40,907 nt of DNA from Candidatus Kuenenia sp. (GCA_043737515.1 JAYTAK010000387.1:1-40907), one strand, 5' to 3'. Counted from the first letter of the stretch, positions 8,822 to 18,640 are shown. The notes: generated by a model from the letters alone, not told the origin. Numbers and translations are program-made.

Positions 8822-11179
8822 ATGGTTAATACTTCGACAGCACACAGGAACGGCAAGTCCCATGATTCGTCTCGGATGGGGACTCTTGTTCTGGCCGATT
8901 CTTCCCAGTCTGGCGTTTCCCTGCGGTTAGGCGATCTCCTGAAACGCCAAATGTGGCTGATCCTGGCGTGCGTCAGTCAGGGACTTGCACTGGGATCTGC
9001 TTATTGGATCAACGCTCCGGAATGGTATCAGTCCCGGGCGAAAGTCATGGTAAGCCAGAGGAGTCCACAGATCACATCGACTGATTCAGCAAGCGTTGAA
9101 GACCAGTCGATGGTGGATGAAGACGTTCTGGCAAATCACATGGAAATCCTGAGAAGTCGCAGGATCGTCGAAACGGCAATGAAACGACACGGACTCCTGG
9201 ACATTGAATCCATCAAGGCTCAACTGTCTCCGGATGTCGATGCACCGGATTATGTGATCAGCCATATTCAACTGAGTCGAGGCGGGGATGGCAGTGCCAA
9301 GGATGCGCGCATCCTTTCTATCAGTTTTGACCACCCGGACCCGGACGATGCAAAATTGATTCTGGAAGCAATCGTGGTCGAGTATCAGATGTTTCTCGGT
9401 TCACAATTGACTCAGGCGATGTCGGAAGCAGGGCGACTTGTGGAAGACGCTCAGAGTAATCTGGAGGCGGCCCTCGAAGACGCCCAGTACGAATACGTCG
9501 CGGCCCGGCAAAAGGCACCTGTGTTGTTCCAGGGAGAGGGGAGCGGGAACGTATTCATTGAAACGTATAATCGGTTGCATGAGGAACTGCTGACGATGGA
9601 TATCAAGCAGGCGACGGTCAAGACTCGGTTGGAAAGAGCCAAACAACTGCTCCAGGGTGAAAAGGACGGAGCGACGATCGACATGGACGCATTGGGAGTG
9701 ATCGACCCGGACAGTCTTCAGCGTTTGAGTGTCTTTGCTGCACTTCAGTCGGACGCGAGTAGGTCGCCTGGATTTCTGGCAGACCAGCCACAGCGACTTG
9801 AGGAAGCCAGGGCTAGTTTTTCCAATATGCTCGCACTGATGGCCAAGGAACAACGCCTGAAAGCGGAATTCGGTGAAGGACATCCAGAGGTACGGAATGT
9901 TCAGGCCGAAATCTCGCTGGTCAAGAAATTTATCGATGACAAAACGGAAACGCTCGGCGTAATTCCCACGGACACGCAGTTGACTCCGGGAAATCTGTTG
10001 AAGGCGTATGTGGGATTTCTGGAGAGCGATCTGGTTTACACGAATGAGACTCGCACGGAAATGGAAACACTGTTGGCACACGCGGAAAAGCAGGCGCGGC
10101 TGCTCGTCGATTTTGAGTTGCAGGAAGGCATCATGAAATCACGAGTCGACAGAACGCAGTTGTTGTTCGACGGTGTTGTAGAGCAACTGCGTGATCTGGA
10201 TCTGGCCTCCGGAATGCGGGGCTACATTCACGAGATCCTGGAAGCACCTCGCCGCGGGGAAAAAGTCTGGCCGAAACTGAGCCTGTGCGGAATTGGCGGC
10301 CTGATGATGGGGCTGATGGCTGGTCTGTTTTTCGGTGTCATGAACGATCAGCAGGATGACAGATTCCGAACCTCGGAAGAAATTGACAGCGCCATCGGGA
10401 TTCCAATTCTCGCGCGTGTGGGACGTATCAAAACCGATGGAAAATCTCCGATTGTTCCGGACAACTCCCCGGAAGGGGAATCGTTCCGCATCCTGCGGAC
10501 GTTGTTACTCGGCGATGTCCGCGAAGGTCGTCTGAAAATCCTGTCGGCAAGCAGTCCGTTGCCACAGGACGGCAAGTCCACGATTCTGGCAAATCTGGCG
10601 GCGGCATTTGCTAAACTCGATATGAGCGTTGTGCTGATCGAAGCGGACATGCGGAGGCCCACGTTTCACAAGCGATTCGGTGTGCCGGATGCAACCGGGC
10701 TGTCGGAGTTGCTTCGGGAAACGGCCACGATTGATGATGTCATCGTCCCGTCAGGAGTCACGAACCTGACGCTGATCACGGCCGGTGCCGGGGTCACAAA
10801 CCCGTCCGAACTTCTGCAGAGCGACAGTTTTGATCGAGTTCTGGCAGCGCTGAAGGAAAGATTTCAACTGATTGTGATCGATGTGGGGCCAGTCCTTGCC
10901 GTGTCTGACCCGATCATTGTCGCGCAGAAATCCGATGGCATGTTGCTGGTCGTACGGTCTGCGAATGACACGCGGCAGCAGGTCACCGAAGCAGTCGAAA
11001 CGCTGCGAGCCGCCAACGCAAAAATGCTGGGCTGCGTAGTCAACACGTACGGCAGCGGCGAAGGATTCGAACGGCGTGGTTACTATGGAGGATACTATTC
11101 CTCTGATCGCGCTGAAAAGAGTGCTGATGATGCCGCCGCCCGAATTACAGCGTCACGAAAAGGAATCGCAAATCTTTGA
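8822..11179 (+). CDS. wzc: Polysaccharide co-polymerase / tyrosine autokinase (Wzc/GumC-like, PCP-2a type)
   Basis: 785-aa ORF. N-terminal TM plus long coiled periplasmic Wzz-like region, then a second TM (LSLCGIGGLMMGLMAGLFFGV). Walker A SSPLPQDGKSTILANLA, Walker A' VVLIEADMRRP, Walker B LIVIDVGPVLAVSDP. C-terminal Tyr cluster RRGYYGGYYSSD. Confidence 0.85.
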   Translation: MVNTSTAHRNGKSHDSSRMGTLVLADSSQSGVSLRLGDLLKRQMWLILACVSQGLALGSAYWINAPEWYQSRAKVMVSQRSPQITSTDSASVEDQSMVDEDVLANHMEILRSRRIVETAMKRHGLLDIESIKAQLSPDVDAPDYVISHIQLSRGGDGSAKDARILSISFDHPDPDDAKLILEAIVVEYQMFLGSQLTQAMSEAGRLVEDAQSNLEAALEDAQYEYVAARQKAPVLFQGEGSGNVFIETYNRLHEELLTMDIKQATVKTRLERAKQLLQGEKDGATIDMDALGVIDPDSLQRLSVFAALQSDASRSPGFLADQPQRLEEARASFSNMLALMAKEQRLKAEFGEGHPEVRNVQAEISLVKKFIDDKTETLGVIPTDTQLTPGNLLKAYVGFLESDLVYTNETRTEMETLLAHAEKQARLLVDFELQEGIMKSRVDRTQLLFDGVVEQLRDLDLASGMRGYIHEILEAPRRGEKVWPKLSLCGIGGLMMGLMAGLFFGVMNDQQDDRFRTSEEIDSAIGIPILARVGRIKTDGKSPIVPDNSPEGESFRILRTLLLGDVREGRLKILSASSPLPQDGKSTILANLAAAFAKLDMSVVLIEADMRRPTFHKRFGVPDATGLSELLRETATIDDVIVPSGVTNLTLITAGAGVTNPSELLQSDSFDRVLAALKERFQLIVIDVGPVLAVSDPIIVAQKSDGMLLVVRSANDTRQQVTEAVETLRAANAKMLGCVVNTYGSGEGFERRGYYGGYYSSDRAEKSADDAAARITASRKGIANL

Positions 11180-11223
11180 GTCACCGGGCGGGGTTCCAGC
11201 CCGCCGCTCTGCACAATGACAAA

Positions 11224-11266
11224 GGACGCGATCAACTCGTTTGAGTGGATCGCGTCCTCTTTTTTG
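11224..11266. terminator. Rho-independent-type terminator between convergent wzc and wza
   Basis: GGACGCGATC (11224-11233) pairs perfectly with GATCGCGTCC (11248-11257), followed by TCTTTTTTG. TGACAAA precedes the stem and TTTGTCA follows it, so it may work in both directions. Confidence 0.6.
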
Positions 11267-11321
11267 TCATTGACGGCACAGCACAATTCCGGGGCCCGGA
11301 GCCACGCCTGCTCATCGTCGT

Positions 11322-12647
11322 TTAGATCTTTGTCGGATCAATCAGGAAGCTCCAGTTGAACATATTCACAACCCCGTTGAAGACTGCCTGATGCGGTTTG
11401 AACTGTAGCATCAGGACATCGTTCGGCTGGATCAGAATGCGTTCCTTCTGGTCTGTCATGGCACGGGCCAGATCGACTCGAATCGGGAGTTGGCGTCCGT
11501 CCGGTGTTTCCCGTAAAATGATGACTCGTGTCGGTCGCACCATGTGACCCGGAGTACCGCCTGCCAATGCCTGTCCGGACTGCCCCAGCGGGCCACCCAC
11601 AGAACCATTGGCAAGTGCGATGGCTTCGATGACATCAATGTCCTCATCACGCGGCAGCGGAATCTTGGCACCAGCCACCAGACCGCCCATATAGAAGTAT
11701 TCTTCGCGGCGCGGGACGTAGACGACATCTCCGCTGTCAAGCTGAACGTCTGCCTGTGTGAACGGCAACCCTTCGCCAGGACAACCGGTCAGAGGAATGC
11801 GGACCACCTGGTTATTGCCCATTTCGCCTTCAACAAAGTTTGCCGTTCGAGCCTGCAGTTCTTCAGCACAGATGGCGTGGGGATCCTGCAGCCCGCTGCG
11901 TTTGAAGATCCAGATTTCGCGGGCGGCATCGGTCCCAGGCAGACCGCCGGTGACCGCAAGGGCATGCAGCAGGTCATTTTCGTAGGCGGGCAGGTCAACC
12001 ACGTCAGCAGAGCCACGATGGATGCGATCCAGCGCTCCCGGTTGAACAAGGGCGACCGATGTCGTTGGTGTGTCTTCTCGCAGTACCACGATACGATGCA
12101 CGCGGGCTGAGATCAGTGCTACCTGCACCCGTTCTGCGTCTTCCAGGGTGATCTTTTTGTCACGGTAGACTTTCTTGACGAAGTTCGTAGCTTCCGTCAA
12201 TGTCAGTCCGGCCAGAGGAATCCTTCCCACCAAGGGCAGCTCGACCCCGCCTTCAGCATCGACTTCGAAAGGCAGACCAATGGTTGCACCTACTGCGCTG
12301 CCGTGCGGCGGATAGTATCGTTGATTGATGGGTTGCGATCTCTGCAGGACGGGCGTCTCAGCCACGCCGGGTGGACCGGAACCGTGGACATAGATACTCA
12401 ACTGGTCTCCGGCACCAATCACATGGGCTTTGGGTTTTTCCTGTCCCAGAGCTGTGAAGGGAAACACGGATCGGCCTTCACGGGGTTCTGTGCAGAGTTC
12501 GCAAGGCAGTCTGCTGGCCGGAATGGACTGATGCACATCGGTGATGGCATGGCACCCGACGGAGGACACGAGGGTGATCGCTCCGAAACTGCTGACAAGA
12601 AATGAGGCCAGTTTTCTGGAGATTGCTGCGCTGTTCATTCGTACCAT
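11322..12647 (-). CDS. wza: Outer-membrane polysaccharide export lipoprotein (Wza-like; Poly_export + SLBB)
   Basis: 441-aa ORF. N-terminal lipobox-like LVSSVGC. Poly_export-type segment VIGAGDQLSIYV…GLPFEVDAEGGVELPLVGRIPLAGLTLTEATNFVKKVY, followed by SLBB-like repeats. Convergent with wzc. Confidence 0.8.
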   Translation of the reverse strand: MVRMNSAAISRKLASFLVSSFGAITLVSSVGCHAITDVHQSIPASRLPCELCTEPREGRSVFPFTALGQEKPKAHVIGAGDQLSIYVHGSGPPGVAETPVLQRSQPINQRYYPPHGSAVGATIGLPFEVDAEGGVELPLVGRIPLAGLTLTEATNFVKKVYRDKKITLEDAERVQVALISARVHRIVVLREDTPTTSVALVQPGALDRIHRGSADVVDLPAYENDLLHALAVTGGLPGTDAAREIWIFKRSGLQDPHAICAEELQARTANFVEGEMGNNQVVRIPLTGCPGEGLPFTQADVQLDSGDVVYVPRREEYFYMGGLVAGAKIPLPRDEDIDVIEAIALANGSVGGPLGQSGQALAGGTPGHMVRPTRVIILRETPDGRQLPIRVDLARAMTDQKERILIQPNDVLMLQFKPHQAVFNGVVNMFNWSFLIDPTKI

Positions 12648-12810
12648 CCTTGAATCGGTGCCGCCAGAAGCAGCGGAACTATTAACACTGGATCGCGTGA
12701 GAGATGTTCAGGAATCTTCCAGAGATGGCCGTCTTGCCGTCACTGGAGTTTGATCCCTGGTCAGTACCGAGTTTGAATCTGAATCGTGAATGCCGGGACG
12801 CGGCATCGGA

Positions 12811-13674
12811 TCAAAAGCCGTTGTCAACTGACGGCTGAGCTGCATTCAGGACCAACTGCCGCAGCAATGATTCGCGTGCAGCATTGGCCTGCTGCCGTTG
12901 CTGTTCCTGATACTGTTTGACGAGTCGTTGTCGAAGAGTTGAATTCGCCGACGGGACGTGTTTCGTAGTTGCAGGTGCAGGTGCAGGTGCAGGTGCAGGT
13001 GCAGGTGCAGGGGCAGGGGCAGGTGCAGGGGCAGGGGCAGGGGCAGGTGCAGGATCTTTTTCGTAGTCTTCTCCAACGGCCGGAGTCGGTGCAGGAACCG
13101 GCTCCACTGAAGGCTGTTGAACCTCAGGCTGCACTGCCGGTGCGGGAGCGACTTCTTCTGTCGCAGGTCCCTCTGTCGGCATCGGTGAATCGGTCTCGGG
13201 ATCGCCATAAGCGGGATCGCCCTGAATATAGTCCGCAGACTCGTCAATGACTTCAGGACAGCAGGCGGGCTGCACGGGGCAGCAGGTTCGAGGAGGCAGA
13301 TAGGTCTGCAGATAGTGGTGATCCGGCTGGCACTTCGCACAGGCGGCCCCATCCTGAAAACCACAGTACCAGTCGTCGCGGAGCGAAGGATCGTATTCGA
13401 CGAAGACTGGAGGCTTCCAGTACTTCTTCGGCGCGATCACGGGCGGACAACCTTCGCCGCCAGTGGCGACATCGTAGTAGCCAGCTTTCCAGCCGCTGCT
13501 GTAGTCGCAGGTGAAGCACTGGTCATGGCAGCCATCAAACTCATGCCACGCCTGACTCGTGCGGATTTTCTGTCCGACTTCGTATTTACAGTCGCTGAGC
13601 GCTGTACAACCTGAAAGCGACAAGAAAAGTGCGAACGCACTCAATTGCCCTTTGGAAACCACCTTGTTCCACAT
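12811..13674 (-). CDS. Cys-rich lipoprotein with (Pro-Ala)14 linker, unknown function, directly upstream of wza
   Basis: ORF 12811-13710(-). ATG at 13674 gives MWNKVVSKGQLSAFALFLSLSG|C (lipobox LSGC). The N-terminal domain has about 16 Cys. It is followed by a Pro/Glu/Val-rich segment, then 14 perfect PA dipeptides and a Gln-rich tail. Confidence 0.6.
   Translation of the reverse strand: MWNKVVSKGQLSAFALFLSLSGCTALSDCKYEVGQKIRTSQAWHEFDGCHDQCFTCDYSSGWKAGYYDVATGGEGCPPVIAPKKYWKPPVFVEYDPSLRDDWYCGFQDGAACAKCQPDHHYLQTYLPPRTCCPVQPACCPEVIDESADYIQGDPAYGDPETDSPMPTEGPATEEVAPAPAVQPEVQQPSVEPVPAPTPAVGEDYEKDPAPAPAPAPAPAPAPAPAPAPAPAPAPATTKHVPSANSTLRQRLVKQYQEQQRQQANAARESLLRQLVLNAAQPSVDNGF
12971..13054. repeat. 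14 tandem hexanucleotides (GCAGGK)n encoding (Pro-Ala)14 on the minus strand
   Basis: Counted directly: 6x GCAGGT, 2x GCAGGG, GCAGGT, 3x GCAGGG, GCAGGT, GCAGGA. The unit length of 6 keeps the reading frame on expansion or contraction. Confidence 0.95.
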
Positions 13675-14254
13675 TGCAGAGACTCCTGTTTCTCTAATGA
13701 CCAATGCCAAGGAGATCGGAGGTTCCTGCTGCGTGGCGTCATTTCAAAGGGTCCCCAAAGCGGAGTTTCTGCACCGCTGAGTGAATCGGTGCGACAAATC
13801 TCCTACGACCCCAGGAACCGATATGAATAGTTGAACCGCGAGGATCGGCACGAGGATGAGAATGCGACCAATCGCTTCTTTCGGTGCTACTGTCAGAATC
13901 CGCACACTGCGTCTTCACGGATTACAACTGAACTACGGAACCATCGATTCCCGAAGAACGATATGGGTGGGGACTTACCCGCACAGCCCGAATCTGAATT
14001 CTTGACACGGATGTCAGCACATTCAGCCTTCAGAACCCCTGATTCCGCTCAATGATTGCGTCCCGTCAAGGCCACACGCCTGTCGCCGTGTGTACGCAAT
14101 AACACTGTGTTGTGAATTAGTGCTGAAATACTGCTCATTGGTGCCAATTTGGACGGCTATCGAAGCCTGAAGCACTGCAGCAAAGCCTCCGAAACAGAGA
14201 ATTCCCTGCCACTCAGTGGTGATTTCTGTTTCTCTTAGTTGAAGGAAGTGTATC

Positions 14255-15871
14255 GTGGACCGCCCTGACAAGAAATCGTCCAGGTTTTTCCACCATTTGA
14301 ATTCCAGCAGGAAAAAGTCTGTGGCGCAGTCGTCACAATTGATACAACCGCTCATCTCCACGGATGCCATGTCAACCTTGACAAGTATCGTCCCCGGAGT
14401 AAGCATGGTCGATGGCATTGAAACGGCCGAACGACTTCCCTCCAGAGCCGATTCAGTTTCACGCTATCGTCAGGTCGTCTTGACATCGCTGCCGCTGGTT
14501 GCTGCCGACTTATCGGCAATCGTGGTGTCGTATCTCGTGGCGACGCTGATATCGTATGCCATCCTGGGAGCTCACCAGCATTGGGGTCTCTGGAATAATT
14601 TGTCCGGCGTATGTTTGTGCCATCTGATCGTGGGTTCGTTTTTGGGATTGTTCCCGGCATCCGGCATGAATCCTGTCCGCGAACTTCGAAGTCAGGTGTC
14701 TTCAATTTGTGTTGCGTTCTTACTACTGATTGCATTGAATGGCCTGGTCGGTCAAGTGGCCAGAAATGAAGTCCTCACGATCATAATGGCACTTCCAATG
14801 GCGGTGGCGATCGCTCCGCCTGCCCGCTTTGGCACACGCAAAATTGCATCGCGGTTCAACTGGTGGGGAGAAAAGGTCATTATTATCGGCATGAGTACTC
14901 AGGGACGGTCTGTCTATCAGTTTCTCAAACGTCTGCCGCATCGTGGACTGAAACCACTAGGGATCGTGGACGACAATCCCAGCGACTATTGGAAGCTTGA
15001 CCCGGAACAGGAGATTGAGTTTCTGGGAACGACCGATGAACTTGTCAGCATATGTCGAAAGCAGCAATGCCATTGGGCGATCGCCGCCGTTGCCGATATG
15101 GAAGAGGCAGACGTGCGGCAGATTCTCGCCCGTGGAAGTCTGATCCCGAACCTTGTCGTTGTCAGTTCCAAGCTCTCAATGCCCACAATGTGGGTCGAGG
15201 CGTTTGATGCGGCAGGACTCGCCGGGATTCATATTCGAGACCGTCTTTTGTTTCCCTTCCAGCGCGTGATGAAACGTCTGTCAGATATTATTCTGTCGGC
15301 TGTCTTATTGACACTTTTGAGCCCACTCTTACTGACGATCGCGGCATGGATCAAGATCGACTCCGGCGGGAAAGTTATCTTTCATCAAATGCGTGTTGGC
15401 CGAGGAGGAAGGCCGTTTAAGGCATTGAAATTCAGGACAATGATACCTGATGCGGAAGAGATTCTCCGCGAATACCTCCAAAAGAATCCTGCGGCGCGGG
15501 CTGAATGGGAAACGTTCCAAAAACTGAAGTCTGATCCTCGTGTGATTCCGCGGATCGGCGCGGTGTTAAGACGATTCAGTCTGGATGAACTTCCTCAGCT
15601 TTGGAATGTTCTGAAAGGAGATATGAGCCTCGTGGGTTCACGACCATGCACTCCCGATCAGATTGATTTGTACAAAGAGCTGTTCACACTTTACGTCCGC
15701 ATGCGACCTGGCATCACTGGCCTTTGGCAGATCAGCGGAAGGAATCACCTGCCCTATGCTGATAGAGTCCAGCTTGATTACTATTACGTGCAGAACTGGT
15801 CACTCTGGCTGGACTACTACATTTTACTGAGAACAGTTCGTACCGTTCTGTTTCGTGAAGGCAGTTTTTGA
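14255..15871 (+). CDS. Polyprenyl-phosphate sugar-phosphate transferase, WbaP/large-PGT type (module A initiator)
   Basis: 538-aa ORF starting at GTG 14255 (a stop at 14240 excludes earlier starts). N-terminal TM bundle, Rossmann-like KVIIIGMSTQGRSVYQFL, C-terminal Bac_transf signature RFSLDELPQLWNVLKGDMSLVGSRP…GITGLWQISGRN. Paralog of 27730-29361. Confidence 0.85.
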   Translation: MDRPDKKSSRFFHHLNSSRKKSVAQSSQLIQPLISTDAMSTLTSIVPGVSMVDGIETAERLPSRADSVSRYRQVVLTSLPLVAADLSAIVVSYLVATLISYAILGAHQHWGLWNNLSGVCLCHLIVGSFLGLFPASGMNPVRELRSQVSSICVAFLLLIALNGLVGQVARNEVLTIIMALPMAVAIAPPARFGTRKIASRFNWWGEKVIIIGMSTQGRSVYQFLKRLPHRGLKPLGIVDDNPSDYWKLDPEQEIEFLGTTDELVSICRKQQCHWAIAAVADMEEADVRQILARGSLIPNLVVVSSKLSMPTMWVEAFDAAGLAGIHIRDRLLFPFQRVMKRLSDIILSAVLLTLLSPLLLTIAAWIKIDSGGKVIFHQMRVGRGGRPFKALKFRTMIPDAEEILREYLQKNPAARAEWETFQKLKSDPRVIPRIGAVLRRFSLDELPQLWNVLKGDMSLVGSRPCTPDQIDLYKELFTLYVRMRPGITGLWQISGRNHLPYADRVQLDYYYVQNWSLWLDYYILLRTVRTVLFREGSF

Positions 15872-16178
15872 GACGGATGCGGCATCGAATTTGCGATTGG
15901 AATTGCCGAGCGCGACGCCCGAATTTCGTCGCCACAGAATTGATTTGATACAAAGGACATGCGAGCGGCTTCGAGTTTCGATGAATCCGCCCGCCAAAGC
16001 TAACACCTGTATTGTAATCATTGATGGGCATGCCTGAATCCAATCACAATAGACAATGGGTCGCGCAGGAGTTTGTGATTCCTGAAATGCGCGATCTCGA
16101 AGTATTTCCTTCCAGTGTTCGTGAACAGGAAGCGGTCGAACCTGGGAACATTGGATTTAGTCTGTACTGGAGAGATGA

Positions 16179-16943
16179 ATGCTACGGCAGATCGGCAGGA
16201 TTTGCGACATTTTAGGAGTGCCGGCCAGTCGGGCCGCGCTTCTGGGTCGCCGTCCAAAATCAGTGGCTTCTGCGCTTTTGATCAGTCAGCTCCAGACTGA
16301 AGGAGTGTCGTTTTGCACGATCATTGACGGAGGGGCCAACGTAGGCCAGTTTGCCCGCGCCGCTCTTGATGGATTTCCCGAGGCGACGGTCCATTCGTTT
16401 GAGCCTTCACCAGCGACTGCAGCAATCCTCAGGCGAAATCTTCGCGACGCGCCCAGGCTTCATGTGCATCAAGCTGCGCTGGGCTGCGTCAGAGGAGAGG
16501 CCGAGTTCCGCTGCAATTCAAATTCACAGACATCGTCGATTCTTTCAATTAGAAAGTCAACAGCCGTCCATGCCGGCATTCGCGAGGTAGAATCAGTCAC
16601 TGTGCCAGTCACCACCCTTGACGCATTCGCTGTAGAATACATGCCGAAGGAACCGTTACTGCTGAAGCTGGATCTGCAGGGATACGAACTTGAAGCACTG
16701 AAAGGAGCGACTAAACAGTTGCTCCCCCGTTGCAGTCACGTCCTCGTGGAATCAGTGTTCGATCACCTTTATGAGGGAGAACCACTCTTCGACGAAATCC
16801 TGGAGTTTCTGGTCTCGCAGGACTTTGCTTTTCTTCGTCCTCTCGCGTTTCTCAAGGACTCAACCGGTCGAATTGTGCAGATGGACGCCCTGTTTCGTCG
16901 CCGCGGGGCGGTGCAGAGAACCGGTATCACCAAACTTGTCTGA
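16179..16943 (+). CDS. FkbM-family SAM methyltransferase
   Basis: 254-aa ORF with IIDGGANVGQFARAAL (FkbM-type SAM-binding glycine motif) and …LLKLDLQGYELEALKGA… typical of the family. Confidence 0.75.
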   Translation: MLRQIGRICDILGVPASRAALLGRRPKSVASALLISQLQTEGVSFCTIIDGGANVGQFARAALDGFPEATVHSFEPSPATAAILRRNLRDAPRLHVHQAALGCVRGEAEFRCNSNSQTSSILSIRKSTAVHAGIREVESVTVPVTTLDAFAVEYMPKEPLLLKLDLQGYELEALKGATKQLLPRCSHVLVESVFDHLYEGEPLFDEILEFLVSQDFAFLRPLAFLKDSTGRIVQMDALFRRRGAVQRTGITKLV

Positions 16944-16962
16944 ACGAAACCGGAGCAGAGTT

Positions 16963-18120
16963 ATGCCTAGTCCACAGACAGGCGCGCGACCATCTGACGC
17001 TGAGGTCGATTGCACCAGCAATCCTGGTTCTAATGGAATTCTTCTGGTTCAGACGTCGATTGGCGATTATCGTCAGTGCGTACTCGACGCATTACAGACG
17101 GCGTGGGGCAGTTCATTCAGGATTCTGTGCGGGCGCGAGTATTTTGCGTCAAGCCTCAAGACGGGTGTCGTCTGCGGAAATGCGCTGGCATACGTTCAGA
17201 ATTATTTTCTGTTTGGACGCCGTTTACTGTTTCAGTCCGGAGTGTGTGCTCAGGCAGTAAAAAGCCGAAGCGTGATCCTGGAATTTAATCCGCGGATCAT
17301 TAACACTTGGCTGGTGCTCTTGTTCCGAAAGCTGAAAGGAAAGAAGTCCATTATCTGGGGGCATGCCTGGGCGCGAAACGGCACTGATAACTATCTGCGT
17401 CGACAAATGAGAGCCCTGGCCGATGTCATTATCGTCTACACAGAACAGCAGCGAGTAGAACTCGCCCCGCATGTGCCGAAGAGCGTTTTGGTGATTGCAG
17501 CACCCAATGCACTTTACCGCAGGGCGGATATGTCTGTCGCAGGGATTCCTTCGAGCCGCAAGCATTTCATCTTCGTCGGTCGCCTCGTCTCACCCAAGAA
17601 GCCTGCACTTCTGATCGACGCATTCAGTCGCGCGTTACCGGAATTGTCCCCGGAAACAAATCTGCTGATCGTAGGCGACGGTCCGGAACGTGGAAAGCTG
17701 GAGTCTCAGATCAGTCGGCTTGGCCTCGAAAAGCGGATCAGACTTCTCGGTCACATCGGAGACCGCAGCACTCTGAGAGAGCTCTATGGAACGTCTCTCG
17801 CAAGTATGTCGCCTGGTTATGTTGGACTTTCGATCACTCAGAGCTTCAGCTTTGGCGTCCCTATGATTATTTCAAGGGATGAGCCGCATGCACCTGAGAT
17901 TGAAGCGGCACAGGATGGCAAGAACTGTGTCTTCTTCGCGACCGATGATGAGTCATCGTTAGCAAAAGTGATGGTTGAATTTTACTCGCAGCGGGCCCAG
18001 TGGTTGTCAAGGTCAGAACAAATTGTCGAACAATGCAAGATGAATTACTCCGCTGAACTCATGGCGCAGCGGATTCGAGAGGCGGTTGATTATGTCCAGG
18101 GTATCTCCATTTCGACCTAA
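16963..18120 (+). CDS. GT4-family glycosyltransferase
   Basis: ORF 16771-18120. I use ATG 16963 (preceded by GGAG, 20 nt after the FkbM stop). C-terminal Glycos_transf_1 pattern FIFVGRLVSPKKPALLIDAF…LLIVGDGPERGKLE…LGHIGD…GLSITQSFSFGVPMIIS. Confidence 0.75.
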   Translation: MPSPQTGARPSDAEVDCTSNPGSNGILLVQTSIGDYRQCVLDALQTAWGSSFRILCGREYFASSLKTGVVCGNALAYVQNYFLFGRRLLFQSGVCAQAVKSRSVILEFNPRIINTWLVLLFRKLKGKKSIIWGHAWARNGTDNYLRRQMRALADVIIVYTEQQRVELAPHVPKSVLVIAAPNALYRRADMSVAGIPSSRKHFIFVGRLVSPKKPALLIDAFSRALPELSPETNLLIVGDGPERGKLESQISRLGLEKRIRLLGHIGDRSTLRELYGTSLASMSPGYVGLSITQSFSFGVPMIISRDEPHAPEIEAAQDGKNCVFFATDDESSLAKVMVEFYSQRAQWLSRSEQIVEQCKMNYSAELMAQRIREAVDYVQGISIST

Positions 18121-18640
18121 AAACAGATTCCTGCAGCTGTGGAGTGTGTTGATTCAGCAATTCCGCCGCGCGAAAGTTCGAGTATTGCTTCGCGGAAAGA
18201 TGACAATAGGGAAGAACGTGCACTTTGCGCGGCGGCTGGACCTGCGTCCGCCGCACTGGCTGAGGATTGGGAACAATGTCTCGTTTGGCCAAAATGTGAT
18301 TACTGAAGCGAACCTGACGGTTGGCGACGACACCCTCATTTCGAGCTTTGTTGCGTTCGTGGGAAACGACCATGCTTTCGATGATCCGAATTCCACGGTT
18401 TACTGGCAGGGTCGACTTCCGGAATCGAGTGTCGTGCTGGAAGGTGACAACTTGATCGGATTTGGTACAATTGTCATAGGAAATGTAACAATCGGTCGTG
18501 GCTGCATCGTGGGGTCCGGATCGGTGGTAACCAAAGACTTGCCTCCCTATACGGTCTGTGCGGGGGTTCCGGCCCGAGCTCTGCGATCGCGATTTCACCT
18601 GGCAAATTGCGACTCCGGGACGGCGAATGCCGTGACATAG
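18086..18640 (+). CDS. Hexapeptide-repeat (LbH) acyl/acetyltransferase, WcaF-like
   Basis: 184-aa ORF overlapping the GT stop by 35 nt. Left-handed beta-helix repeats (IGNNVSFGQNVIT…VGDDTLISSFVAFVG…IGFGTIVIGNVTIGRGCIVGSGSVVTKDLPPYTVCAGVPAR). Confidence 0.8.
   Translation: MIMSRVSPFRPKNRFLQLWSVLIQQFRRAKVRVLLRGKMTIGKNVHFARRLDLRPPHWLRIGNNVSFGQNVITEANLTVGDDTLISSFVAFVGNDHAFDDPNSTVYWQGRLPESSVVLEGDNLIGFGTIVIGNVTIGRGCIVGSGSVVTKDLPPYTVCAGVPARALRSRFHLANCDSGTANAVT

Noticed and set aside
8561-8863. 100-aa minus-strand ORF upstream of wzc
   Set aside because: It overlaps the wzc start, has a Cys/Arg-rich product without motifs, and lies in the likely wzc promoter region. I could not define -35/-10 boxes confidently, so no promoter feature is reported.
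12846-13364. 172-aa alternative-frame ORF on the minus strand with an HL/PL repeat
   Set aside because: It has the same strand as, but a different frame from, the lipoprotein gene. Its repeat (LHLPLPL…) is just the hexanucleotide array read out of frame, and it has no start context or signal peptide.
16771-16962. N-terminal extension of the GT4 ORF overlapping the FkbM gene by 173 nt
   Set aside because: The extension is out of frame inside a well-supported FkbM gene. An ATG with an upstream GGAG at 16963 gives a normal GT4 N-terminus.
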